Below the pieces are notes generated by a model, which worked only from the letters and a program-made list of their open reading frames with translations, was not told the origin of the DNA and did not search any database. Below, one piece after another: positions 28,335 to 41,480 of a stretch of 64,000 bases of DNA. Location of the stretch: contig CM120640.1 of assembly GCA_051362555.1 (NCBI GenBank), positions 31,267,967 through 31,331,966 of the forward strand, given 5' to 3'. The first letter of the stretch is position 1. The number at the start of each line of letters is the position of its first letter. Position numbers and translations under genes: made by a program. The stretch is from Lingula anatina. Lineage: Eukaryota; Animalia; Brachiopoda.

Positions 28335-31300
28335 TTACACACAAATGTCACTGGTAGGAGACTGCGCCTGTTTCCCTTTGTGCTTTAATTTGTCGGATTT
28401 ACTGTGGTCTACACTACTTTTCCTCTCTCGTTGAATTCCAGGACCTGGGCAAATGTTAGATTGTTTGTTAGAATTTTTAGTGTTTAATGATAAGAATACA
28501 TTTGGGTAGAACACAATCTGTCTGTACATAAAAATTAATAAAACAGATAGACGAAAGAGTTAAAGAATGGCTTGAGAATGCCAATATAATCCTTTGACTT
28601 TTGATTCTTGAGTGTACATTACCTAGATGAAAACGGACATACGCATATATATAATAAAACAGACTGCCAATGCCTCAAGACATCGAACTTTTGATTTTGC
28701 TACAATTAAAATCAGTGAATCTATTTATTTAACCATAAAACAACTCTCTCTTACCTAATGAAACTAGAGCACTGCCTATAGCTAACCCATTCTGGCCTTG
28801 AGGTGTGAAATCTTCATCACCAGTGGGCAATTGGATGACTATGGACAGCACCGCAGCTTTATGGCCACGTAATGGCTCTATAGCTACTGGGCTGGATTTG
28901 CAAGGCTGAAAGACCAAATGTTCAGCATATGCATACAAGACATAATACTAACTCATATTTACCCAGTTAAAGGTGCTGCTGTCCACAGGCTTTGAAGTTT
29001 GTGTCCTCATCATCAACCATGCAATTTATGTCATATACATTAATTAATTTAGTTTATCCATTGTTGCGTCAACTTAATTTGAGTGGTATAAGAAACAAGT
29101 AGACGTGGTTTATATGCATTACTGGGAATCAACACTTCACTGACACCCCAATTCATATGTACCTTTAAAAGGAGGCCATTTAAATCCACTAAATATTTAA
29201 CTTCATATTATTTACTCAATCATTAGAACCAAGCATATAAAATCCTTTGTTAATCTTACATTACTACCCCGGAACAATTAAGGTTCTACCTTTAAATTAT
29301 TTTTCATCCTTTTCCGAAGATCTACAGGAGGTTGTGGTAATGGTTTTTCCTTGAGCTGTAAATGTTCCTCATCATTTCCACCTTGTAAGTCCAGGCTAAC
29401 TATACTGAATGGACGGCTGGCCATCTGCTGCATCTGGACAAACATCCGCTGAAAAATACATGTGAAAATTAAGGCCACTTCAGGAAAAAATTATTTGTCC
29501 AATTTCAAACAAATATAAGAACTCATAAATCTCGGAATTGCTACTTCATACTTGAAAATGTCATCAATGAATTTAATGACTATCTAATTTAATCAGTGAG
29601 AAGACAGCAATTGGCAATCTCCTCCGATTCTTGATTTGAAATTTTGAAAGTTTAAGACAAAGGGTTATGAGGTTATCTCAGACTGTAACATATGCTGTAA
29701 CTACAAGGCAAAGTACACTCACCTGTCTTGATAAGTAGAGAACATACCGGATCTTGATTTTCCATATAATTATGGCAATCAAAAGGAGGGATATAAAACA
29801 ACTGAAATAAAAAAACCTAATGTGTAAATCAATTGCAATGACTACTTTAATACTGTTTTAAACTTTCACAAAAATCTTTCACATCTTTGGTAATACTCAA
29901 AAACTGCTCTACATTTCATTTTTTTGTACATAAAATGTTAAAATTCATATAAGACTTCAAAATTTTTGAAAGCCATCATGCAAGGAAAAATGAGAGCAGG
30001 TTACCAAACAACTTCCAACATCAAAAATGGCACATATACACACATTATAAAAATGTTTTTCTAGATTTCAACAACAAGATAGAGAATGGCACATAACAGA
30101 CATTAACCAAATAAATTTAAAGAAACAGATTCAATATCTGGACAAGACACAAATTTTTTTATTGTATCGGGAACTGACAAACCTTACATCAGGGCTATGC
30201 ATAGGCCCTTTGGAAAGGGCTGTTCCTTGGGGTGGGGCTCTCGTAGGAGGGTAGATAATACAAAATGTTCACAATTTATACTTTTAGGATTGATAGATCT
30301 ATCATCAGGGACATGTATTTGTATTTGTGAGCCTTGAGGCAGGCCAACCCTTGGGCAAGGATGGTTCTTTTTTTTTTTTCCACATCAAGAATTTCTTCAT
30401 CAGTCTTTTAAACAGCCATGCATGAAATTGCGTTTCTGATGTTGATATCATGCATTGATTTTGATGTTTGTGGCATAGACGCCTAATACATGGGGGTCCC
30501 TAGGGGAGAGCTACTCTTGACAACATGACAAAGTACAGGATGTGTCATGGCTTCATTTGGTACAGTCTGTACGTAGCTTCTAATAAAATCCACTTTGAAG
30601 TTCTATGCTGCGCAAACTTATGCACAGATCCCTTTAAATGCAACCGTTTGTGAGCGATGAAGAGAAACACAACAAAATTCACCATATACTTACCTAAAAA
30701 ATACAACAAAAAAGTTAACCAGATTTACATTAACCTGTTGTGAAAAGTAGATCTGGAATAGATGAGGTCAAAGTCAGAGTAAAGAGGAAACTTCAAGAGG
30801 ACATACCCTGTGTAAGGTCAGGCCATGGTTAGTTTGTGACATTGAATTTTCCACCCAAGTGCAACATCATTGTTTTTGAAGATTGCACGAATTTGGATTT
30901 TGCTATAAACACAACTTTCATCTCAATCTCACATATTGTTATTCATTATTAAACTGTTGTGGCATGGAAATAAGTTTTTTTTTAATTTGCACAAACTAGG
31001 ATGCTGGATTTTGTTGAAATTAGCAATTTGGCACCCAATTTGAAATTGGTGAAAATCACTTTCAAAATATATTTATTTAATGGCTGTCACAGACTTCTGA
31101 GGTGACGGTACATTTTGGTGCTTTTGGGGGGAAAACAGAAAGCAGCAGAGATCATACATCAATAGTTCCTTTTCATTTGCCTCACATGGTTTGTGCATAC
31201 TTAGAAGACTCTAGAAAACCTCTTAAGTCCTCTTTCTGTTATGTCACATCAAGACCATTCCTCCAAATCATCCAAAGGTATCCCAACATTGTGTTAAAAA

Positions 31301-34300
31301 TCATGCAAAAAAAAGAAAAAGAAATACCAACTAACCACTGAATGAGATTAATACTAACCCAAGAAAGGCACCAAAAAATACTGGTAAATTAATTGGAATT
31401 GGAAACAGATAGGCATACCGTGCTTGAAATGAGATCTAAAATATAGAAACAAATATACACACAAATTATGTAGAACTGGTCATGCAACAAATACTACACT
31501 ATTGCCAAGTGGCAGTAAAAAAATGGTAAAATTAGTTTAAAACTAGAAAACTGACCTCTGTGAGAAGCAAAACCAATTTTGAAGCTTTTTTTAATATGCA
31601 CCTTGACATAAAACCATATTTCAGTGTGAGAGTGATTGGTTTTCTAGTTTTATACTAAAACCCTGGGTTATTTGTGCAGTGTCATACAATCAATCATATA
31701 CTTTCTACATACCAAAAGAATGTTACGAAAAAGGTAATCAGGTCTATTTGAGGAAACTGTGAAAATGAGATCTGAAAATAAAAAATTGTTTTTGTTAGCA
31801 AATCGAACTCAGAACTAATTATAATGTTTGATATTTTTTGATAATCAACAAGGTCAATTACTTGTATGAAATGGTGACCAGATTTGGCAGACTGCAAAAA
31901 CTGTGCAGACAAAAACCAATGTTTTCCCTGTATTTCATTAGTTATAAAAACTAGTTCGAACTTAATCAAAATGAAATTATTTTTATGTCTTCAATTGAAT
32001 TTGATTAAAAAGCACTCATGGTTCACTGGATTTCAGCCTATTTTAAAAAAATTTAGGGCAGCAAAGCTGTCAAACGATGACTACTGTGCACAAAATATTA
32101 CATATTGCTTAACACTATAATTTTCCATTAAAGCTGTTATTCAAACTTGTAATTAACTTGTAATTAACTGCTTTAAATCACTCCAGTATGTTTTAGGATA
32201 GAAAGAGACATGATGAAAAGTGCACAGCGACAAAGATGACAGACAACCATGATGGCTGTATGTACTGACACACTGTGTCTGTACATAGAAAAATATATAG
32301 CCAATTTCACCAGGACATATATTTTGGACAACTGTCAAGAAATAAATACCAAATCATAATCAACAGGTCAGGGAATATCATCATTTTATTATAATGAAAA
32401 AACAAGCAAGCATATTTGATTTGGTTCATGTTGAAGCATAAAAAATGCATAATGCCAGAAGCTACAGTATAAATAAGTAAAAAAAAAAAAATTACACAGT
32501 TCAAGTGACCATAATTCATACATTTTCTCATTTTTATTAAGCCATGCAGCAACATTATTGGAATTTGGGGCATCTTGGAAACTTTTTGAGGAATTCATTA
32601 AGTGCATGTGCAACCATGGCCTGGCCACACTCTTTTCAGTTTTAAATGTTAACATTATTACAAATACTTAAAAATCTTTTAAGTCCCCCCCCCCCCCCTC
32701 CAAAAAAAAGTATTGTGTTTCTCGTAAGGAAAAACTTTAAAATGGTGCAGTGGTGGTTTTCCCCTTCTTCTTTTTTCTAATGTATATTGAGTCTAGTTCC
32801 CATAATTCAGGTATCATGCCTGGAATGTTTTGCAAAGTGGTTTCTCAATTTAACTTTTTCATAGTGAAAAATGTATAAAAGATATTTCTAAAAAGATGTA
32901 GACTTATTTCAGCATCCCAAACACCCAGGAAAAATCTCATTATACTGGTTTTATGTTAGAGCTCGGATATTATTTAAAACTTAATTTTAAGGCAAGGAAT
33001 ATTTTATCAATTTGCCTCATCCGATTCGCAACTGAACTTAAATAAACATTTAATTCCAAATTTTAACTTGAGATCACTGTATCAATAATTACTAGTACCA
33101 TGTGCAGCTAGATTAAAAACCTGGCTCTCCAAACATGGAAATTTGAGCTCAAACTACAGTCAAAAACTTTCTAAATGAGGTGCGCTGGCCTGGTGTCCAA
33201 TGAATCTGTCAGCTACGTATTGGGGTACTGCATCTCCGAGGCTCTGAATGTCACAGTGAAATTCCTAAAGTTCATTTTATCATTATGGTTTTAAAAAATC
33301 TGCAGCACACATAAAAGTTTTTATCAATTTCCAACCATTAGTGGTTTTTTCAATTTCTCACTAACTTTGCACCAAAGACCACCGTCTCTGACCAAAAACA
33401 AATAATAGGAGTGGTGCATAAGGTTTCATGTGACATGCACCACGACGAGAAACATAATACCCTTTTTTGGCCTTAAATAAATACATAAAACAACATTCAT
33501 TTTACTCAATTCTCTAAATTTCATCTTTTCTGTTAATACTTCTCAAATAACAGTAAACTTGAAACATATAGTAACATCACTTACCTGTAACCACATAGGT
33601 GTAGTGAAATTATACACATATACATAGAATGTGGTGTTTGTGCCTTCACCAAAATTGTAATCCTTGTGTAGAAATTTTGTCTTGTATGGATAATTATGCA
33701 AACAACTATGTAGTTCTACCCTAGTAGTCTCTGGTTTTCCGTCTGAAAGTGGAAATTCAAATTCCAGGAAAGGCTAATGAGAAAAATAAACTAACATATC
33801 ATTTAAATTAAGTACTATAAATGGTTTAGTCATGTTGCTGACCCGCTGGGTGTATCTACTATTAAAGGTTATGAAATGAACTGTGCCTGCCTATCCACAA
33901 GCAGGTTAAGTAACAATGCCATCAATGCAAAACTCACCAACAGCTACTGTAATATTCATCAATGCTGGCTTTGAGCAATTGATCATAAACTCCAAATCTC
34001 GATCATTCTGAAAACCAATAAATGTATTGGACTCAACTTCATCTGAGATTGATATCTTGCAAATTAATGCATTTTAACTTAAAATATTTTTTTAATCAAT
34101 CCAACTTTTACCAGACTGCTATGTCTTTTTTTAAGATAATTTTTTTAAATAAATGATTTATTTACTTTAACAATGCTAATGAAAATTATAAGCTATTTTT
34201 TTTTAGAAATTAATTTTCCAATTTATTCAAAACAGATGCACTCACAGTTCCAGGTTTATTCATAAAATTGATCTGAGTGAAGTATCGGTCACCTTCCTTG

Positions 34301-37300
34301 GAAAGATTAAAGGTGAATTGGTAGTCTGTGGGCAGTTCATCTAAAATAAGGAACTAACAATGTGAAACAAGAAAACATCATAAAAATCTATCATCTTTAT
34401 ATGGTTAATAACGCATTTGTCAAAGTAAACTTTTAATCAATATATTTCATGGCAAATAGAGAATACGTATAAATTATAAATTGTAAATTTTTTAATTACA
34501 AGTTGTGACTTACAAAAGCATGTCCCAGTCTTTGGATTGCCATAGTAGCGGTTGTCCTTGTCACATCTGCATCAATAACAATAGCTACAGTTAACTGCAC
34601 AGAACAGTAAAATGCAAAATGATTGTCACAGTTTTGTTAATATTTGACAAAAAAGGAATCTACTTCTATAATAAATTTACACACTAACCATGTTTTCAGA
34701 AAAAAACCTGGTGCAAAGCTGGCAAAAATACAGACACCAAACAACTAAATAATTACAACAATTCTTACTGAAAAGACTTTGCAAAAATAATAAATTCAAA
34801 GAAACAGATTCATTAACAACTTGGCAAGATAGATGCCTTTTGCATGATCTCAGAATATCTTAGTTTTTACAAATTTTCCTTTAAATAATCTCATGGTATT
34901 CTGACCAACTATCAAAATGTATCATTGTATCTGCATACTTTTTTTTCAGTTGTTATCAGTAAAGTAGTCTGATTTTTCAAAAAAAAGTTTGGCGCATGCC
35001 AAATGATAATTTACAGTTAGAACAATATTCACAAAATTAAAGTTAACCTATAAACCTCTTTCCAGGCACAAACTATATCAGCAATTTATTAATATTTAAT
35101 GTCTGTTCTGAAGCAGTACTTTCAACTGTTTGATAACTGTACGTGTCAGAACTACTTAACTGGTCTGATATGAAATAGTTGGCATGTGCACCACAATGGA
35201 TTACACACGTCACAGAATCCATATCACAGCAGTGCTTGCAGATGCCAAACAACATTCCCGATTTGTATCAATCACCGATTTCATTAGTCCAAATGAGTAT
35301 TATTAAGGGCTGAGCTGAGTTGACCTTGATATTTCAATACATTTGATTTATCATTTTTCATTATTTCATGATCAGCAAACCATCCTACACTCTCAGTCTG
35401 TACATGAAAATTTTTAAAGAAGATTAAATCTATATGCTGAATCTAATTTAACTTACACTTCACAAAAATTTCCTCGTACTCCTCTGGTGCGGCAGTGGCA
35501 CATCCCTGTGTCATGTTCACAGAAGTCTGCCTGACCATTGCATTCACATGCTAAAGAAAAGAACAGACAATATTCCAGGAAGATCAACAAGCAGTGATTA
35601 ACTGTTCAATGCACAGGTGGCAAATTGGCATCAAAATTCTTGACGTAGATGTTGAAATAAGTTCAAAGGTTCGATAATCGATTATATTGTAAAAGTTCTT
35701 TTGTCACAAAATAACCGCTTAATATACTCATAAATAATTAATATATTCTGTAGTTAATGCTGATGTCATTAGGTGTTGTGTCACAAGAAGACACCTAGTG
35801 ATGTCAGTAGACTGCACATGTCAGATTAACACTACAACAACTGTGAATATCTTAAAACATTAGTTTGTGATAAAGGAACCTTTAAAATCTATGGTAAATT
35901 GAAATCTCTCCAAGATTTTATGCATTATTTTTGGTTTGTCTTTACATGGTATACTAAAACCTCATCCAATGGATTAAAGTATTTTTGGAAATTACATACG
36001 TTTGCAGATCCCTCCATTGGTGGCTTCACCAAAATACCCTGGTGCACATATTTCACACTGGGAACCTGAAACAATCCACACACATAATCCTTACAGGATG
36101 TGCGAGCTCATGTGCCAGTGTGTATGTGCACACATACGCATGCATATGTGAGGAACACACAAATACCACATCTACAAGTTTTTCATCTATACTACTTTGC
36201 ACTACACATTACCAAATGTATTTTTAAAATAAATGAAATGCAATAGTAAGATGGCATTATTGATAAATCATACATTGCCCTACACTACACATTAACAGTT
36301 AACTTTTTGGTTTTAATGTTTTTTGTTATGGTGTTATGAGCCCCTAATTACAGATTTTCATTAAACAAAGACATTATTTTGCTTTATCAACAATAAAATC
36401 TGAACTAAGACTAGCAGGGTTTTGGAGTACATAATGGTATCTTTAAATTGGCATTGAAAAGGTGTGCGTGGGTGCTCAGGTAAAGGAGAATTTGCTATAA
36501 TTTGGTTACCATTACGAGCCATTTTTGGCATAAAATGGGATAAATAGCACCATATTCATCCAGCAGTTTTTTCTGGTCAACTTGCTTCAAACAAATTGAT
36601 GTATTATATGAACTATAAATAATTCTGAACCAAATTGTAGTAGTAGGTATACTTCAGTCAAAATTTTAAATTTCACTATTTTAACTTTAATTTCATATTC
36701 TAACAGGGGACCAATAACACTTATAGTGTGTAAAAATTGACTGGAAACTTACCTTGTGTATTTTGAGTGCATTTCTTGCAGATGGCTGTATTGTTGTAAC
36801 ATTCACTATGACCATTGCACTGACATACTAAAAAGAAGAGTATATTATATTTATATATAACAAATTATGTGGCTTGGAGAGAGTTCAACACTGGTGGGAG
36901 CCTAATAAAAACAAACCATATAAAACAAGTGAAGAAACAGGATGAAACAAATATATAATATTGCCAATCATCAGGTTTTTTTTTTTCAAATGAGTATATA
37001 TCTGGCTCATTCTTTTTTGAGGGCATGATTTATACTTTTCAACTTTACACAGGTTACAAATATTTCATTTTTTACATGTTTACTTGGTTTTCTTACAAAA
37101 TGTTTGTCAATTTTGATGCAATATTCCAAAATGCTTGACTGCATAATGAATGATGAAGAACTCATACTTTTTATTTTGATTTGATTCACTATCTACAGAT
37201 TTCCTGTTTGTGGGTAAAATTGATTAATGTATAACATAGTCCACAAGTTTTAAAAACAGCCCTCATAATGGGCATAAAAATTAGACAATTTTGGAGTTCC

Positions 37301-40300
37301 AACTAAATCCTAGGTCTGCAATTTCTCTCACCTATAAATCACATATAAGTCAAGGTACTCATGAATACTGAAATAAAGCTCATTCTGTACTTTGCACTTA
37401 ATATACACACTTAATCACACACACAGGTACTCACATGGACAACTATAGAAGTACCAACTTGGTGCTGGACACAAGGCTGGTTTGGTCAGTACATTGGAGC
37501 CATTTCTGACCACTGGTCCCTGGTTGTCCCCCTCCCTACAGTGGCCTATCCCTGTGTTAGAACCATCATCACACCAGCCACACAGTGGATTAGACTGGCA
37601 CTGTTCACAAGTCCTTAGCTCGGAGCATTTGGTCGCTGATACACAAAGATAAATATGCTGTGCTAATTTCTTTCATTCTGGTATGCATAAGAATATTATT
37701 TCTAAATGTCCCACGTGGGGAGGGGTTAAAAGAACCCCTTTTTGCAGGGAAAGGTACATGAAGGTTTCATGGTAAAAGGTCCACTTTTACAGAAAAAGAA
37801 CCCACTTTTGTAACTGCTGGCTACAGGCCTGATAGCCCATTCATTATGTTACATAAATAATTCACATGGGAAGTTAATATATTAGCTTTGTGTACATGGC
37901 CCTTGGTCTTGCTTACATGAAATCACCTCATCAAAAATGGACATCAGTTAAAAAACAAACCTGCACATCTTTTCTCTTCAGTGGTCCACTCCAGGCACTG
38001 TCCATAAGGGAAAGACGCCACATAGGAATTAGAGTCCACACAGCGGTTCTCACTACCACACCACATACACTTGGCTGAGGTACAGTTGCCACAGTCATTA
38101 AAGCTGGAGCAGGGAGGATTGCAGCGTTGTTGGTAATCCACCTCTCCCTCTGCAAGCACTGCCTGGTCTGTGGTGCCATCTGGAGTAGGAATAGAATAGT
38201 TTGGTATATATGAAACATTATTGTAGGTAATTACATACAAAGCATAAGAAATTCAATTTTTTTTCACACTGCATTTTATCACTTGGTACTAAATGTATTT
38301 TCCCAAAGAAATTAGTCACATTTGGTCCGCTTTAAAAAAACATCCCTGTAGAATATTTAACTATTTTATATTAATAATCAATTTCATATCCATCAGAAAA
38401 AAACCCTTTGACAGTTTATGACACAATGTTAAATTTAAGAAAGACGTTTGAAGTTAACATAAAATATAAATTAATTATCGTATAAACACCTAATGCAAAA
38501 TACCACCTAAAATGGACTGAATGACCAATTCTCCACTGAATGACTCTTTTTTATTCAAAATATATGAAGCTGCACCATTTGACCCCAAACTAGAGCAGCT
38601 GAAAACTGATCCCATATATTTATGCCCACCTTACTATATAAAATGCTGCAGCTCTTAGGTTTCTATAAACCAACAAAGACATTTTTCACATAGAAAATCA
38701 AAATTTAACCCATAGGACCTTCAAAAAGCAAGTCAAATACAAGGTTAGATTTTCAATCTCCACACTGTCAAATGGCCTCTTTTACAGCAGGGACATTTCC
38801 CAGATTTCCCTTAATTCACAAAAATTATGACAAGGGTCCATTTTGACTAGAGCCACAATGCACACAAAGGCACCTCCTGATCCCAAAATCTAGCAGATTC
38901 AAGATAAGATAAGTGACCTTACACCATCAGATGGGTTCATTGGTCTGTTTAGTTACAGGACTACCAGGAACGGGGAATTGTTTCTTACGCCATGCATTGG
39001 ATATGCATATTTTAGGTATAATTCAAATCTGCTTCAGGGTTGAAACATAATTCACAAGGCAGTCCTGCATTTCAGTATACTATGAACATTGGACAGACAT
39101 TAACCATGGACAGAATAAGGAGCAAGACCAATTTGAATCAGTCACCTATAAATCCAGACACCCTCCAGGCCTTATAAATGGATTAGGTGTTTTCTAACTG
39201 GAACATCAGATCCAGAGCACAAATGCCCAAATTAAAGACTCCAACCGTGAATTAATTACCCCAACATAAAATCATTTGCCACAAGCACAGCATTTCATTA
39301 CACAAACTGTTTATTCACTTTTCTACCTGTTCAGTACCTTCCCTATGTGCCAAAGCTTGTCGAGATGCATTGCTGCCGTATTCATACCCAAATGTATACA
39401 GCCTGAGACCCAAAAGAAAGCTGGCTAAATTGTTTGTGCAATGAAACGCTAAGCTTGTGGCATATAATTACATGTGTTGAGGTTGTTAATTTGTGGCTGG
39501 AGTCATTAATTTGTGCATTTGTGCTCCCAAATCTAAGATTCATGTTAGAAGATGGCAATTGTTGTTTATAAGGCCTGCCCTCCCTCTTGTGGTCTTTAAC
39601 CCTTGAGATTCCAGCTTTAAGACTTGGAGGTTTACACCTTCCACCACTTTTCTACTGCCTTATCTGGTTCTCTGCTATTTAATAATGAGTCAAATGAAAT
39701 GCAGATCAACTTTCAGAAGATAGCCTTCAGCCTGTCCATTCCCTCCTTGGCACAGTGTTGTAACTTAAGTGACAGTGACTCTAACAAAGATAACAGATGC
39801 AGGTAATGGCTAAATGTCCACACAACAATGCCACAAAAAATCTAGGTGACTTTAAATGCTTTTATAAAAAATATTAATCAAAAGCAAAGAACATTCAGAA
39901 TGCTCTAAAATCATGCTTATGACAGGAGACAAAAAACAACAATTTGTTGGGGAGTGTTTTAGACAGGGAAATACCAAAATAAATGGCACTTAAGAAATAC
40001 CAAAATAAATGGCACTTAAGACAACTAGAATCCAAACTGATCTAATTTCGAGCAAGTCAACATACAGACCAGGCTATAAAAAGGCATTACGATAAGAAAC
40101 TCAGAGGCAGGTGCAACAAACAGATAACAAACAGCTATGACGAAGCATGACCAATATCATGCACTCACCCACAGAGCGAAGGTATGTTATACAACGTTTG
40201 TCACTTTTGTACCAGCCACAATAAGTTTGCATGTGACAAGCTTGGCAATTGTGTAACTTGTCACACTCACTGCTGTACTTGGCCTTGCATTGACCAAGGG

Positions 40301-41420
40301 GTGACACTAGCTGCAGGTGGATAAAAAGAAATGGTGTGGAATTTAAAATTAGTTGTGAAGGCACTCTGTAATCTGCACAAAAGTTTGACTCAGGTTTTAA
40401 AGCACATCATTGGTGGACATGTTTCCAACAGCACCAATTTTTATTGGTTTACACAGGTCAACAGAGAGGTTCACATTTTTAGCAAATGCTAGATTTGCAG
40501 CTGAAGACTAAAGAAATCTTGAAAATGAACTATCAACCAATATCTAAAACAGTACCGAGATACCACTGATGGCATATAAATCCTGAATCATACTTTCTCT
40601 TCCAAATGTTATTTTTACAGTCCTACCATGAAAACAGTCTTTAGTACTATCTCGCCAAGTGCAATTGGCTGAGGCCAGAAAGCATGCTGCACAATTGTGT
40701 AGATAGGGACACTCTGCACCTTGGTCATGTGATGAACATGTATCCTGGAGACCATTAAACTGGAACATAAGAATCAGGTCATCCACAACATACATACCAA
40801 ATATACTTATTGTGCCATTCTTAACTCCATCTAAAAGGGCAAGAAAACTCTTGCCACTTACTGTAAAGCAGCCCTTTAATGTTTGAACATACATACATAA
40901 AGAAAATATCAAACAGTTTAAATGTATCCATTTATGATCAACATAAAAAATAGCTTTATAGAATCTGTTTTCGTACTTTGCCAAATGAAATATACTTGTA
41001 CATTTTAAGTGCAATGAAAAAAAGGTTCTGGCAATAATGAAGGGAACATCACACAATAAAAAAAAAAACTTTTAAAAACTGACCATACCTATTTTCAAAT
41101 TGATCCCATCTTTTGTTTAACAAAAACTTCTAGTAAAATTTAAATTAAACAAAAAACCAATTTGATAACTATGTTGTGGGCATTGTAAAAACACATGCAA
41201 ATGGAAAATAATACAAAAAAAAAAAGAAAAAAAATACATAATTACTTAATTTACTTGGAAAAAAAAACAAAACAAAAATACATTGCTTTTTGAACTCAAC
41301 CCGTTTTCTTGCTGAACAAATGCAATAACACATACATACACACAATTTTTGTGTCTGTTTGCAAAATCATTATATTAACTGATATTTTCTATGTGGTGCT
41401 TGTAATTTTAAAAAAATCAT

Positions 41421-41480
<60 letters not shown>

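Noticed and set aside
35073-35255. Cys-containing minus-strand ORF as an extra attractin exon
   Set aside because: The flanking exons 35457-35550 and 34514-34566 already join in frame to complete the laminin-EGF module, and the Cys spacing does not fit EGF or PSI.
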